Below are positions 1 to 10,618 of a stretch of DNA of 64,000 bases, piece by piece; position 1 is the stretch's first letter; each line of letters begins with the position of its first letter. Made by a program: the position numbers and the translations under genes. The notes under the pieces were generated by a model. It was given only the letters and a program-made list of their open reading frames with translations, did no database searches and was not told the DNA's origin. This DNA comes from Minisyncoccia bacterium. GTDB lineage: Bacteria; Patescibacteriota; Minisyncoccia; Phycocordibacterales; DATDWN01. The stretch is taken from the NCBI GenBank assembly GCA_049297675.1, contig JBAQUS010000015.1:65414-129413 (forward strand), written 5' to 3'.

Positions 1-1854
1 CTTGGAACGACAAACTCTGCCATCGCCATCATGGAAGCCGGTCAACCGAAAATATTGGAAAACGCGGAGGGTGCTAGAACAACACCTTCCATAATCGCTG
101 TTTCAAAAACAGGAGAGAGACTTGTTGGGCTTCTGGCTAAAAGGCAAGCAGTGACCAATCCAAAAAACACAATTTTTGGAATTAAAAGATTCATAGGACA
201 CACATTTGATGACGAGGCAGTTCAGAAGGACAAAGCCATCGTGCCATTCGAAGTCTCAAAGTCGGGAACTGGAGGAGTCAAAGTAAAAATGTCTGAGAAA
301 GATTACACACCTGAGGAAATTTCTGCAATGGTACTCTCAAAGCTTAAAACGGACGCTGAAACAAAAATTGGTCAGAAAGTGACCCAGGCTATCATCACAG
401 TGCCTGCCTACTTTAACGACTCCCAAAGACAAGCCACAAAAGATGCCGGTCAGATTGCTGGTCTTGAAGTTCTGCGCATTATAAACGAGCCAACTGCTGC
501 TGCTTTGGCATATGGCTTCGACAAAGGCAAGAAAGAAGAGAAAATAGTGGTCTTTGACTTTGGCGGGGGAACCTTTGATGTTTCTGTCTTGGAGGTGGGG
601 GACTCTGTTATAGAAGTGAAATCAACAGATGGCGACTCTCATTTGGGTGGAAAAGACATTGACCAGAAAATAATAAACTACTTAGCTGACGAGTTCAAGA
701 AAGAATCAGGAATTGATCTGAGAAAAGATACTTTGGCACTTCAGAGACTAGATGAATCGGCGGAAAAGGCCAAAATCGAGCTTTCAACAGCTATGGAGTC
801 TGAAGTAAACATTCCATTTATTACTTCTGATGCCTCTGGGCCAAAACACTTGCTTATTAAATTATCTCGGGCAAAGCTCGAAGAACTCTGCTCCGAATTC
901 ATAGATAGAGCCATGAGTATTACAAAAAGAGCAATGGAAGCTTCAGGTTTTTCCACATCGCAAATAAACGAGGTTATCCTAGTCGGTGGTCAGACCCGCA
1001 TGCCAAAAATGACAGAGAGGGTTAAAGAATATTTCGGCAAAGAGCCGAATAAATCAATCAATCCCGATGAGGTTGTGGCACTTGGTGCGGCTATTCAGGG
1101 AGGAATATTGGCAGGAGATGTTAAAGACGTACTACTTTTGGATGTTATACCACTTTCCCTTGGCATTGAGACTATGGGGGGCGTAGCAACTAAGCTTGTT
1201 GAGAGAAACACCACTATTCCAGCCTCACGTTCTCAGGTTTTCTCAACTGCGGCTGACAATCAGACTTCTGTTGAAATACATATTGTACAAGGGGAGAGAG
1301 CAATGGCGTCAGATAACAAATCACTTGGCAGGTTTATTCTCGATGGTATTCCACCATCACATCGTGGTATGCCACAAATAGAGGTCAGTTTCGATGTTGA
1401 TGCAAACGGTATTCTCTCTGTCAAAGCAAAGGATAAAGCTACTAGCAAGGAGCAATCCATAAGGATAGAAGCTCGATCATCACTTTCAAAAGATGAAATA
1501 GAAAAGATGCAGAAAGATGCTGAAGCTCATGCTACTGAGGATGCCAAGAAAAAAGATATTGTTGAAGCCAAAAACATCGCTGAGCAACTTATCTACACAG
1601 CCGAAAAATCACTCATGGATGCAGGTGAAAAAGTACCTGCTGAACTTCGAGCTAGTATTGAGAATAAAATCACAGATGCAAAAACAGCGAGTAAAAATGA
1701 AGATATGGAAATGATAAAGAAGACCACAACGGAACTCTCGAATGAATTATCAAAAGTGGGCGAAGCGATGAGTAAAACCGGAGGTACTGAGCCAGCAGGC
1801 GAAGTGCCAAAAGATGGACCAGTCCGTGATGCGGATTTTGAAGAGAAGAAGTAG
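1..1854 (+). CDS. dnaK: Molecular chaperone DnaK (Hsp70), 5' partial at window edge
   Basis: Reading frame is open from nt 1 ([24 protein letters not shown]...). Hsp70 signature segments are present ([23 protein letters not shown]-like, substrate-binding domain), and dnaJ follows downstream. Confidence 0.95.
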   Translation, partial: LGTTNSAIAIMEAGQPKILENAEGARTTPSIIAVSKTGERLVGLLAKRQAVTNPKNTIFGIKRFIGHTFDDEAVQKDKAIVPFEVSKSGTGGVKVKMSEKDYTPEEISAMVLSKLKTDAETKIGQKVTQAIITVPAYFNDSQRQATKDAGQIAGLEVLRIINEPTAAALAYGFDKGKKEEKIVVFDFGGGTFDVSVLEVGDSVIEVKSTDGDSHLGGKDIDQKIINYLADEFKKESGIDLRKDTLALQRLDESAEKAKIELSTAMESEVNIPFITSDASGPKHLLIKLSRAKLEELCSEFIDRAMSITKRAMEASGFSTSQINEVILVGGQTRMPKMTERVKEYFGKEPNKSINPDEVVALGAAIQGGILAGDVKDVLLLDVIPLSLGIETMGGVATKLVERNTTIPASRSQVFSTAADNQTSVEIHIVQGERAMASDNKSLGRFILDGIPPSHRGMPQIEVSFDVDANGILSVKAKDKATSKEQSIRIEARSSLSKDEIEKMQKDAEAHATEDAKKKDIVEAKNIAEQLIYTAEKSLMDAGEKVPAELRASIENKITDAKTASKNEDMEMIKKTTTELSNELSKVGEAMSKTGGTEPAGEVPKDGPVRDADFEEKK

Positions 1855-2029
1855 GGTAGAAGTTGGAAGTACGATGTAAGATGTACAAGAAAGTGTGAAA
1901 GTAATTCAAAAAGGAATGGTAGGTTGATGTCAAGTGTACTTAAAAATTAGAAACCTTATAATTAACTCACGAATGAAACCTCGCGAATATTACGAATAAA
2001 TGCATTGAGCCCATTCGTGGGTAATAAAA

Positions 2030-3130
2030 ATGAAAGACTACTATCAAATACTAGGCGTAGACAAAAAAGCTCCAAAGGAGGATATAAAAAAAGCCTTTCG
2101 CAACTTAGCGCACAAATATCATCCAGACAAAAAGGGAGGAGATGATGCTAAATTTAAGGAAATAAACGAGGCATACTCCGTTCTCTCTGATGATTCAAAA
2201 CGTGCAAATTACGACCAATTTGGCTCAGCAGGAGCAAATGGAGGTGGTTACGGGTATGGTTCCTCATCAGGCTCAGGATCTTCAGGCTTTGAGGGTTTTG
2301 ATTTCTCACAGTTTACACAAGGTGGTAATTCTGGCGGTCAGGGCTTTGAGTTTGACTTTGGAGACATGTTCGGCGATATATTTGGTGGAACCACCCGAAG
2401 ACAGGCTAAACGCGGAAGAGATATATCGATCGACCTCGAACTCTCTTTTGAGGACTCAGTTTTCGGAGTTGAAAGAACCATACTTCTAAACAAAGTTTCA
2501 AAGTGCGACACATGCTCTGGTACTGGAGCATTGAAGGGAAGTGAAATGATGACATGTGAGAAGTGCAACGGCAAAGGTACAGTCAGAGAGGTCAAAAGAA
2601 CTTTTTTCGGGCAGTTTGAATCGACAGCTACATGTGCAGTTTGTGACGGTTTAGGCAAAATTCCAAAAAACAAGTGCCATGTATGTCACGGCAAAGGTAT
2701 TTATAAAAAGGAATCAGAGATAAAGGTCAAAGTACCTGCCGGGATTGATAATGGTGAGATGATAAGACTTACAGGAGGAGGCGAGGCTGTAGCTGGAGGA
2801 CAGGCCGGGGATCTCTACATTAAGATATATGTAAAAAAACATCCAGTATTTACCAGGGAGGGAGAGAACTTGGTAATGAATCTAAATATAAAACTTTCTG
2901 ACGCTATTTTAGGTGCAGAGTATAACATTTCTTCTCTTGATGGAGAAATTAAGCTCAAAATTCCTGAAGGTATCAGTCACGGTGAAGTTCTGAGAATAAA
3001 AAATAAAGGCATACCAGTCTCCAAGCATCATAGGGGAGACGTACTAGTCAAAGTCTTACTCGTTATACCAAAAAAACTAACAAGGGAAGCCAGAAAGTCG
3101 GTCGAGGATCTAAGAAATGAAGGTTACTGA
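2030..3130 (+). CDS. dnaJ: Co-chaperone DnaJ (J domain with HPD, Gly/Phe-rich linker, four CxxCxGxG zinc-finger repeats)
   Basis: [10 protein letters not shown]...KYHPDK J-domain, a G/F-rich region, and the four repeats [24 protein letters not shown] and CHVCHGKG. It lies immediately after dnaK. Confidence 0.93.
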   Translation: MKDYYQILGVDKKAPKEDIKKAFRNLAHKYHPDKKGGDDAKFKEINEAYSVLSDDSKRANYDQFGSAGANGGGYGYGSSSGSGSSGFEGFDFSQFTQGGNSGGQGFEFDFGDMFGDIFGGTTRRQAKRGRDISIDLELSFEDSVFGVERTILLNKVSKCDTCSGTGALKGSEMMTCEKCNGKGTVREVKRTFFGQFESTATCAVCDGLGKIPKNKCHVCHGKGIYKKESEIKVKVPAGIDNGEMIRLTGGGEAVAGGQAGDLYIKIYVKKHPVFTREGENLVMNLNIKLSDAILGAEYNISSLDGEIKLKIPEGISHGEVLRIKNKGIPVSKHHRGDVLVKVLLVIPKKLTREARKSVEDLRNEGY

Positions 3131-3228
3131 TGGGTAGAAGTTAGATGTACAATGTTCGAGGAACGATTTAAAATTCTAACTCTAGTATCATGCTTCCAAC
3201 TTCTTTCTTCTACTGTTATAATCATTGA

Positions 3229-3732
3229 GTGACACAATTTGCTAGTACAAGTCTTTTATCTGTTCCGAGTTTCTTTACTGGGGATTTGGCTTTTTTTGTT
3301 GTCACATTTGTTGTTTTTTTTATCTATACAGTCTATTTTGGTCGTGGCATGACAATCTCTTTCGTTCTGAGTTTCTACTTATCAATTGTGTTGTATTCAA
3401 TTTTTCCTTACACCTCTCAACTGATATTTATGTCAGGGGAAAAACTTGAACTAATAAACAATATATTGATATTTTTCCTTCTTCTAGCTCTGTTAACTAT
3501 TACCATTAATAGGCATATATTCTCTCCTATGGAGTACTCAAGCCCATTGGGTATACTCAAGGTAACTGGTCTTTCACTGGCGGGAGTGGTTCTGGTAACT
3601 GCCTTCTCCTATCTTGTGGTAAATTTTGACTTACTTCATAATTTTTCGCCAAAAATTGACTTGGCTTTTACGTATAGTGGGGGAGGATTCATTATTCTCC
3701 TCCTCCCTCTTCTACTAGTTGCTTTTATTTAA
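3229..3732 (+). CDS. Hypothetical small hydrophobic membrane protein (non-ATG start in the ORF track; poor SD)
   Basis: A 167-aa ORF predicted to form 4-5 TM helices. No recognisable family, and the start appears to be GTG with no clear RBS. Confidence 0.3.
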   Translation: MTQFASTSLLSVPSFFTGDLAFFVVTFVVFFIYTVYFGRGMTISFVLSFYLSIVLYSIFPYTSQLIFMSGEKLELINNILIFFLLLALLTITINRHIFSPMEYSSPLGILKVTGLSLAGVVLVTAFSYLVVNFDLLHNFSPKIDLAFTYSGGGFIILLLPLLLVAFI

Positions 3733-3841
3733 TGATGTAAGTCAGGTATGCCTTGATCAAATAATCAGGTTGATTTTTTGGTGTAATATTGTCTATCCTG
3801 TTTTTATAATTGTGAGCCTATATAAAGCCATATCTTAGGGC

Positions 3842-3870
3842 TTTACAAGACGCAATTTGACTGGTATACT
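3842..3870 (+). promoter_or_regulatory. Candidate sigma70-type promoter (TTACAA-16-TATACT) ahead of a good SD (GACAGGAGG) and a 29-codon ORF (MLSCSPLSFPEFF...)
   Basis: The hexamers were read directly from the sequence. The short ORF at ~3891..3980 contains two stem-loops (ctcagttttcctgag and cagaagaagtc/gactcttctg). Confidence 0.3.
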
Positions 3871-4159
3871 CTTGACAGGAGGTAGTTAAGTATGCTATCA
3901 TGTAGCCCACTCAGTTTTCCTGAGTTTTTCTGTCTACAAAGGTCAGAAGAAGTCTTAATAGACTCTTCTGCCTCCCAGAATTAGAAAATAACCAAAACTT
4001 ATCTTAAATTTCACCGCAGCTAGTTTATTCTTAGTCATCTCGTCACTATCTGGAAATACAACACAAGCCGTAATTCCAAGAGAGATACCAAAACTTGAAA
4101 GCACAGTTAGTCAGTCCTCACTTATAAAAAGACCCACTCCGAAGGAGGTAGAGAAAATC

Positions 4160-4495
4160 ATGAGTACAGAGGAGCATGTCAAGAAGTATTTCAAGGACAT
4201 TCCCGTGATGATTCAAATTGCAAGGTGTGAATCTACATTTAGACACTTAGAGTCAAATGGAGACATTCGCAGAGGTCTAGTGAATTCTCGTGATGTAGGC
4301 GTAATGCAAATCAACGAGTACTACCACTTGGATCAAGCACTAAAAAAGGAGATCGACATATACTCTATTGAAGGCAATATGGCATATGCTCGTAATTTAT
4401 ATGAAAGAGAGGGTACACAACCTTGGGCGTCATCCAGAGTATGTTGGAGCAAGCACGAAAACAATGGTATGGCACTGAATACAGTAGTTAAGTAA
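4160..4495 (+). CDS. Small lysozyme-like / lytic transglycosylase (SLT-type) domain protein, no signal peptide
   Basis: RCESTF (catalytic Glu-Ser), GVMQIN (the GLMQ-like motif) and AYARNLY (the AYNAG-like motif) occur in the order typical of family-1 lytic transglycosylases. A strong SD (GAAGGAGG) precedes the ATG. Confidence 0.5.
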   Translation: MSTEEHVKKYFKDIPVMIQIARCESTFRHLESNGDIRRGLVNSRDVGVMQINEYYHLDQALKKEIDIYSIEGNMAYARNLYEREGTQPWASSRVCWSKHENNGMALNTVVK

Positions 4496-4532
4496 TTTCA
4501 TTACGAAACTATCGTTCCTCAACAGCTAATAT

Positions 4533-4574
4533 AAATTAAATAGAACCTCCAATACTGGAGGTTCTATTTAATTT
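4533..4574. terminator. Perfect 18-bp-stem hairpin (aaattaaatagaacctcc / ggaggttctatttaattt, 6-nt loop), likely an intrinsic terminator
   Basis: The palindrome was read directly. It sits 40 nt after the stop of the 4160..4495 CDS. Confidence 0.6.
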
Positions 4575-4651
4575 ACTAGAGATTTCTACATGAGCTTGTT
4601 ACGTCTATTTGTAAGGGGATAAGAATACAAGTACGTCGCACAATATATCTT

Positions 4652-4703
4652 TTCATCCTACTTAATCCTGACTTTATCAGGTTTAAGTAGGATGAAAAGA
4701 TGC
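4652..4703. other. Long nested hairpin: 17-bp perfect arms (cttttcatcctacttaa / ttaagtaggatgaaaag) enclosing a second small palindrome (cctga..tcagg)
   Basis: Read directly from the sequence, in the convergent intergenic region between the 4160..4495 (+) and 4860..6053 (-) genes. Confidence 0.4.
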
Positions 4704-4848
4704 AATTATTTTACAACGCTGGCTACAGCATCGTAAAATAATTCCCTGAAATTAATATCTAGGTATTATTATTACAATATAAATATAAAAAAATATAAAA
4801 AACATCTACTATATAATCTACAACTATTCAAAAAAACCACTTCCCAAT

Positions 4849-4859
4849 AGGGGAGTCCC
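4849..4859 (-). terminator. ggggagtcccc hairpin followed on the minus strand by a T7 run, a terminator for the 4860..6053 gene
   Basis: The palindrome abuts the stop codon. The reverse complement reads ggggactcccc..tggttttttt. Confidence 0.5.
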
Positions 4860-6053
4860 CTACCCGACTGTTGGCTTGTTTGAATTTGAATCACTACTCG
4901 ACTTTACTTTCTTAAGCACATTGTAAAGAAGACCAATAAACACTAAGGCAGAGAGACCAAGGGAGAACCAAACTACAATCGGATATTTTTCTGTTAACCT
5001 ACTTTCATCAGGATCACAGGCATCTCCAACGAGGTCTCCATCAGTATCTCTTTGATCGTAGTTTACTGTTTCAGCACAGTTGTCTGTATAATTTAGTACT
5101 CTATCTTTGTCATAGTCCTCACACAAGTTTCCAGTACCGTTATTATCAACATCAAGCTGGTCATAATTAGAGACATTCTGACAATTATCAGCATAGTTTG
5201 GAATTCCATCTTTATCACCATCAGCTGGTGAGAATCTCTCATTGGAAAGTACTTGTAACGGTCCAAGACTCCTTGGTGATTCGCTGTTAGTATAAATTAC
5301 TGGAACATTCTGTCCAGAGAAAACTTGCGTAGGTACTTCTTGATTCAAATAAAGAGTGTAAGTATGATCTGGAAGTGCAATAAACTTAACACCCTTTCTG
5401 TTTAGACTAATAACCTCATTATTAAAATTAAATTCAGTAATACGTAGTGGCTGGGAGAAATCCATGGCAATTGCCCACTTCGAGGATTTAGTTCTAGGAA
5501 AATTCAGTATATTACTTGTTGGTTTCATCTTATTAATGAGTATTATGTCTTTACCGAGGTCATCTTTTGCAACAAGTGATACCAAGTCAGGAAGAGAGAC
5601 ATTTTTATCAAAACTTACTGTTATTGAACTCGAATTGATGGGCTTTGTAAATTCAACATGAAGCACAGTCTTACCAACCCCATTCCCGTCAATTGAAAAA
5701 TCAGAAAAAGTGCCAAAATTGCTATCATGTAGGTTAAAATACAATAGATTATTGTTGTTTTCGATTTTCATAATTCTCCCTAGATCAGCATAGTCAACTA
5801 ATAGATTATAGACAAACATGTTAGTTGATTTATCAAATACTCCAACAAAGCTACTACTAATATCTGGGGCGTTTATGTAAACTGTAACTTCAGTGGGTAT
5901 TTTTAAATTTAGACTTGGAATTTCTGCATAATTTCTAAACCCAGAAATTTTTCCTGACTCATCAACTTGTTGAACTGGCATCCAATCCTGACCCAGTAAC
6001 GCGCTCTGAGGTAAAAATAAGGCAAAAAATAACAAGACTCTTGCTGTTTTCAT
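4860..6053 (-). CDS. Secreted/surface protein with N-terminal signal peptide, C-terminal thrombospondin type-3-like Asp-rich Ca-binding repeats and a C-terminal TM anchor
   Basis: The start was moved to the internal Met (MKTARVLLFFALFLPQSALLG, signal-peptide-like). Repeats include DGDKDGIPNYADNC, DQLDVDNNGTGNLCEDYDKD and DQRDTDGDLVGDACDPDE. A hydrophobic helix WFSLGLSALVFIGLLY with a basic/Ser-rich tail follows. Confidence 0.6.
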   Translation of the reverse strand: MKTARVLLFFALFLPQSALLGQDWMPVQQVDESGKISGFRNYAEIPSLNLKIPTEVTVYINAPDISSSFVGVFDKSTNMFVYNLLVDYADLGRIMKIENNNNLLYFNLHDSNFGTFSDFSIDGNGVGKTVLHVEFTKPINSSSITVSFDKNVSLPDLVSLVAKDDLGKDIILINKMKPTSNILNFPRTKSSKWAIAMDFSQPLRITEFNFNNEVISLNRKGVKFIALPDHTYTLYLNQEVPTQVFSGQNVPVIYTNSESPRSLGPLQVLSNERFSPADGDKDGIPNYADNCQNVSNYDQLDVDNNGTGNLCEDYDKDRVLNYTDNCAETVNYDQRDTDGDLVGDACDPDESRLTEKYPIVVWFSLGLSALVFIGLLYNVLKKVKSSSDSNSNKPTVG

Positions 6054-6054
6054 G

Positions 6055-7782
6055 TTAAGTTGGCAGTTGAACACTTTTAGATTTTGAAAGAAAAGCTGTG
6101 CTAATAAACATAGTTCCAATCAGAATAAAGGTTATAACTCTAAAGACCAGATCCATTTTCCAGACATCAACTAGAATTAACCTAACTACAACTACTAAAA
6201 GAATAATTGCTCCAAGGGATTTAGTAAGGTTGTTTACTGAGTAGACACCAGTAAGATATAAATACAGACCAATGGCTGTATAAATAAACAAGGAAATAAG
6301 TACTGCCATGTCTGGTTTAAATAGAAAATGATTAGAAAGCCAAATAATGGCAATAAGATAAACAAAAGAAATAATCAGATATATACTATAAAACTGAATG
6401 TCAGTTTTAGTCCCCCCCTTCTCGTTTGAGTAGAAAAAATATCCCAAAGTAGCATAAATAAGCATTATTACAAAAAGCACTGCAAAATCCGAATGAAATA
6501 TACCTGTTTTCCAACTTGCTGAAACAAAACTTGGAAGAGAAAGCATAGATGGAATAATCATAGTTAGAGATAAATATGAACACACCTTATGATTACCCAT
6601 GACTACATACGAAGCCAGCGTGACGATAGCTGATTCTATAGCTAGGGCAATAACTAATGTCTGACCACTTAGCTCAGCTGATGTAGCTACACTAAGAAAA
6701 AGAATTGCCGAAAGTGAATGAATAAATATTAGCTTTGTCTCCCCTGTCTTTGTGAATATAGAATATCCTGCTAATGCATATACAATCATCCAAACTGCTA
6801 GATTCAAGCTCTGGTATACAGTGGGAACTACTACTAAAACTGACGTGATGATAACGAAGTTATTAACTATTGAAACAAAATAATCACTTGAATCATAACT
6901 TTTATTAGATCTAATCAATTTCCATATACTTTGAATAAGATAAATTAACACATTTAGATAAATCAAACTTAAAATAAGATATTTTGATTCAAGTATTTGT
7001 ACACTGGAAAGATGGGGTAATGTATACAGTAAAAAACCAGTAATAGAAACTATGACTGGATACCTCCAATTTCTCACAACATTGACCCAAACACTACTTA
7101 GTGCCACAACTATAAGATAACTAAACAAAACAACCTCATCTAAATCAGTGGTAAATGAAATATATGGTGCTATTAAGGATAGAAAGACTCCGTAAATCGA
7201 AAGTTTTTCTCTCTGCCATGCAACTGCAGTCAGATTTATATATAGAGAGGCAAAAAATACAATGAACAAAACTACATAGGACGGGAAAAAATTATAGTAG
7301 TAATATGATGCCAATGAAGTAATAGTCACAATCGATGTTCCTAAAATACTAAGTATGTCTCCCTGAAGAGCATCCTTTCTTAACCTATATGTTCCAAATA
7401 CAGTAACAATTATTCCAGCAATAAAGCCAATTGATATTCTCCCAACTGGACCAATCCAGTTGTGCAAAAAAGCATAACTAACAAACCACCCAAATCCTAG
7501 CAAAATGAGCAGAACTCCAATTTTTGAAAGAGTATTTTCTTTTGACCATGTGAGCAGTTTGCTTTCGGTATGGACACTTGATGGATCCTTTAGATGTACG
7601 GACTGATTGCCTAACGAAGAGCTGGCAGGACTTATGTCAGTTGTCAGTACCTTTTGGATACTCCCTTGTTTGAGATTATTTACTTCAGAAGTTAAATCAT
7701 CCAAGCGTCTTCTAATGAAATTAATATTTTGGTATTGTGAGTAAAATATGATACCAAACACGAACAGAAGTAATATTTCCAT
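6055..7782 (-). CDS. Large polytopic integral membrane protein (more than 12 predicted TM helices) with an N-terminal coiled-coil segment; family uncertain (DUF2339-like architecture)
   Basis: 575 aa of almost continuous hydrophobic helices after RRRLDDLTSEVNNLKQ. Its stop lies 1 nt from the start of the downstream gene. Confidence 0.6.
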   Translation of the reverse strand: MEILLLFVFGIIFYSQYQNINFIRRRLDDLTSEVNNLKQGSIQKVLTTDISPASSSLGNQSVHLKDPSSVHTESKLLTWSKENTLSKIGVLLILLGFGWFVSYAFLHNWIGPVGRISIGFIAGIIVTVFGTYRLRKDALQGDILSILGTSIVTITSLASYYYYNFFPSYVVLFIVFFASLYINLTAVAWQREKLSIYGVFLSLIAPYISFTTDLDEVVLFSYLIVVALSSVWVNVVRNWRYPVIVSITGFLLYTLPHLSSVQILESKYLILSLIYLNVLIYLIQSIWKLIRSNKSYDSSDYFVSIVNNFVIITSVLVVVPTVYQSLNLAVWMIVYALAGYSIFTKTGETKLIFIHSLSAILFLSVATSAELSGQTLVIALAIESAIVTLASYVVMGNHKVCSYLSLTMIIPSMLSLPSFVSASWKTGIFHSDFAVLFVIMLIYATLGYFFYSNEKGGTKTDIQFYSIYLIISFVYLIAIIWLSNHFLFKPDMAVLISLFIYTAIGLYLYLTGVYSVNNLTKSLGAIILLVVVVRLILVDVWKMDLVFRVITFILIGTMFISTAFLSKSKSVQLPT

Positions 7783-7830
7783 ATAGTAATTATATCACTA
7801 GATACACTTAGGTTCTCCTAGTTATTAACA

Positions 7831-9141
7831 CTATATGGTAGGTAAATATGCCAATGGATCAAGATATGCTTTGACATCAGCTAATGGTAGTATTGCTTGC
7901 TTGCAACCTCTACTGTTAACATATTGCTCTATCCTCACTCCCTGAGTAGCATAAACACTGACATGTAAATGTGGACCAGTTGAGTATCCGGTGTTACCAC
8001 TAAATCCTATGAGTTCACCAGTTGAAACTCTTTCACCCTTAGTTATGTTTATTGAAGATAAATGGCCGTATATTGTTGATAGCCCGTTGTCATGTTTTAC
8101 CATTACCCATTTTCCAAATGAATAGCAACCTGGATAAGCATCTGTATTACCTGTGCCAACAACTGTTCCAGTTAAAACATTTTTCACTTTTGTTCCAATT
8201 GATGCTCTAAAATCTACTCCATTGTGTGAACCAGAAGCATAGAGTTTCTCAGCACCAACAGTTTTTCCAAATTTTTGTGTTACAAACACGTCATCAAGTG
8301 GCCATAACAGAATTCCGTTTTTTGGTGAAGGATAACTACCTTTGTCTATGAGAATATTGAGTTGCGACTCGAATTCATAGACCTCCTTTTCAAACTGAGC
8401 CTTCTCTTCCTCCTTAATTTTCACAAGTTGTTTGAAAGCTTGTTCCTTGCTCTTCGTTTGCACCAAAATATTAGACTTTTCTTTTTTAGTATATTCAACC
8501 GCAACTTTTTTACCACTTAATTCCTTTTTAAGACCTGAAAGACTATTTTTTTCAATTTCCAATGACTTTTTACTCTTCTCCATTTTTGTCTTAACATCAA
8601 GTAAGTCCTTAGTTTTTTTTCTAACAATGTCAGAAACTCTGAGGGTTTCATCGAGATCACTCCATATTTGGCTCAGATTTCTACTTCCTAAAATTAAAGT
8701 AACTAGATTCTGACTATCGGAAAAATTCACCTCTCTAATAGCGTTTATTACTGCCTTCTTGTTTACGTCAATAACAACTTGTGCGTCATTAATTTCGCCA
8801 CCAATTTTTTGTATATTAAGATCTGCTTTTGATATCTTATTCTCAGTCAAGTTAATATCCTTTGATAGTTTATTTTTAGTTAGATCTAAAGTTTTTATGG
8901 TACTTTGTAAAGTTTTAGCTACTTTACTAGCATTCTCTACTTCAATATTGTACTGTCTTATCTCCTCCTCAATTTGTTTTATTACCTTATTTTTCTCCTC
9001 AATCTTAAATTTCAATTCGTCGGTGCTATTACTTTGTGGATCGATTTGGGCATGGAGACTTTGGTTTACAAGAACCAAAAAAAATAAAAACATAAAAGTG
9101 CAGGAAGAAAATAGAGCCTTAGTATTTTTAGCTACCATCAT
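7831..9141 (-). CDS. EnvC-like murein hydrolase activator / M23 (LytM) family peptidase with N-terminal signal and long coiled coil
   Basis: The C-terminal M23 motifs are SGSHNGVDF (HxxxD) and GPHLHVSVY (HxH). The N-terminal half is a heptad-rich coiled coil, matching the EnvC architecture. Confidence 0.8.
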   Translation of the reverse strand: MMVAKNTKALFSSCTFMFLFFLVLVNQSLHAQIDPQSNSTDELKFKIEEKNKVIKQIEEEIRQYNIEVENASKVAKTLQSTIKTLDLTKNKLSKDINLTENKISKADLNIQKIGGEINDAQVVIDVNKKAVINAIREVNFSDSQNLVTLILGSRNLSQIWSDLDETLRVSDIVRKKTKDLLDVKTKMEKSKKSLEIEKNSLSGLKKELSGKKVAVEYTKKEKSNILVQTKSKEQAFKQLVKIKEEEKAQFEKEVYEFESQLNILIDKGSYPSPKNGILLWPLDDVFVTQKFGKTVGAEKLYASGSHNGVDFRASIGTKVKNVLTGTVVGTGNTDAYPGCYSFGKWVMVKHDNGLSTIYGHLSSINITKGERVSTGELIGFSGNTGYSTGPHLHVSVYATQGVRIEQYVNSRGCKQAILPLADVKAYLDPLAYLPTI

Positions 9142-10598
9142 TACTTAATCATATCAATAACAACCTGAATTCGACGAATTGACTCATCTTTTCCTAATAT
9201 GTATAGAAGTGCAAAAGGATCAGGACTCTTCTCCCTACCAGATAGGGAAACTCTGAGTGGCCATAGTACTTCTCCCCTACCCTTCTCACTTGCATAATTA
9301 AATATTAAATTCTTTGCGACATCTGGAGATGAGATTTCAGACCCAAGGCTTTTTAAAGTATTAACAATCCAATTCAAATACTTCTTTACTTTCTCGGGCT
9401 GAGGCACTCCTTTCCAATAAATTAAATTCATATTAAACTCAGGTCTTTCGAAGAAAAAATTGAGCTCCCCCTCCATTTCTATTTTTTCAATGTCCGACCA
9501 TTTTTGTATTCTATCAATTATAAATGGAGTAACTTTCTTAATAATATCCTCGTTAGACTTTTTTTTGTTAAGGTACTCTTTTACGTAGCTAAACTTATCC
9601 TCATCCGATAAAAGTTTAATGTGCTCTTTATTCATCCAATCAAGTTTCTCCTCGTTAAATGCCCCGCCCGACTTATGTATTCTCTCTAGCGAAAAATTAT
9701 GAATGATCTCACTTATCGAAAAAACCTCCTTCTCTCCACCTGGATTCCAACCAATAAGTGATAGGAAATTAAACATGGCTTCTGGCAAATATCCCTCGTT
9801 TCTATATTCTAAAATATCCTTTGCCCCATCTCTTTTTCCGAGCTTTTTAGTTCTATCGTCTTTAAGAATAGGTGGTAAAGTTACAAAAATTGGAGGACTT
9901 ATACCTAATGCATTGTACAAAGACAGAAACTTTGGAGTACTCGATATAAATTCATCGGAACGAAAAATATGAGTTACTCCCATATTATAGTCATCTATTA
10001 TATGAGCAAAATTATAAGTTGGAAAACCATCACTTTTTATTAAGATAAAATCATCTAATGCTTCCTCACCGGCAGAAAGTTCGCCTCTAACTGCATCGCT
10101 CCACTTATACTTTTTTATTTCTGGAACTCTAAATCGCAGAGGCTTATTACAGTCCCAGCTCTGAAAATTCTCTGGTCTGTGATTTCGAAAAAGAAACGGG
10201 AGTTTATCTTTCTCAGCTTTTTTTCTAAACAACTCTACCTCTTCTATGGTGTAAGGGTCGGGATAGGCTAACTCTTTTTGAATCAAAATATCGACAAATT
10301 CTCTATATGTCTCTAGTCTTTCTGATTGTATGCATGAACCAAATGTTCCAGGTTTGTCAGGTCCATAATCCCAATCAATCCCAACCCATTTTAGCGATTC
10401 CATTATGTGACTAATCGATCCTTCCACTTCCCTCTCCTTATCTGTATCTTCTATTCTCAAAATAAAAATTCCATCATTTTTTCTCGCCCAGAGCCAGGCA
10501 AAAATAGCAGTTCTTACACCACCAATATGCATGAACCCCGTCGGCGACGGCGCAAATCTAGTTACTACTTTTCTACTATTAGTGTCATTTGTTTTCAT
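9141..10598 (-). CDS. gltX: Glutamyl-tRNA synthetase (class I)
   Basis: RFAPSPTGFMHIGGVRTAIFAW carries the HIGH motif; KLGKRDG is the KMSKS-like motif; length is 485 aa. Confidence 0.9.
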   Translation of the reverse strand: MKTNDTNSRKVVTRFAPSPTGFMHIGGVRTAIFAWLWARKNDGIFILRIEDTDKEREVEGSISHIMESLKWVGIDWDYGPDKPGTFGSCIQSERLETYREFVDILIQKELAYPDPYTIEEVELFRKKAEKDKLPFLFRNHRPENFQSWDCNKPLRFRVPEIKKYKWSDAVRGELSAGEEALDDFILIKSDGFPTYNFAHIIDDYNMGVTHIFRSDEFISSTPKFLSLYNALGISPPIFVTLPPILKDDRTKKLGKRDGAKDILEYRNEGYLPEAMFNFLSLIGWNPGGEKEVFSISEIIHNFSLERIHKSGGAFNEEKLDWMNKEHIKLLSDEDKFSYVKEYLNKKKSNEDIIKKVTPFIIDRIQKWSDIEKIEMEGELNFFFERPEFNMNLIYWKGVPQPEKVKKYLNWIVNTLKSLGSEISSPDVAKNLIFNYASEKGRGEVLWPLRVSLSGREKSPDPFALLYILGKDESIRRIQVVIDMIK

Positions 10599-10618
10599 TC
10601 GTGTATTAGCGTCGAGAT

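Noticed and set aside
3229-3732. Considered calling the 167-aa hydrophobic ORF after dnaJ a defined transporter
   Set aside because: It has no identifiable family, a non-ATG start and weak translation signals. It is kept only as a low-confidence hypothetical membrane protein.
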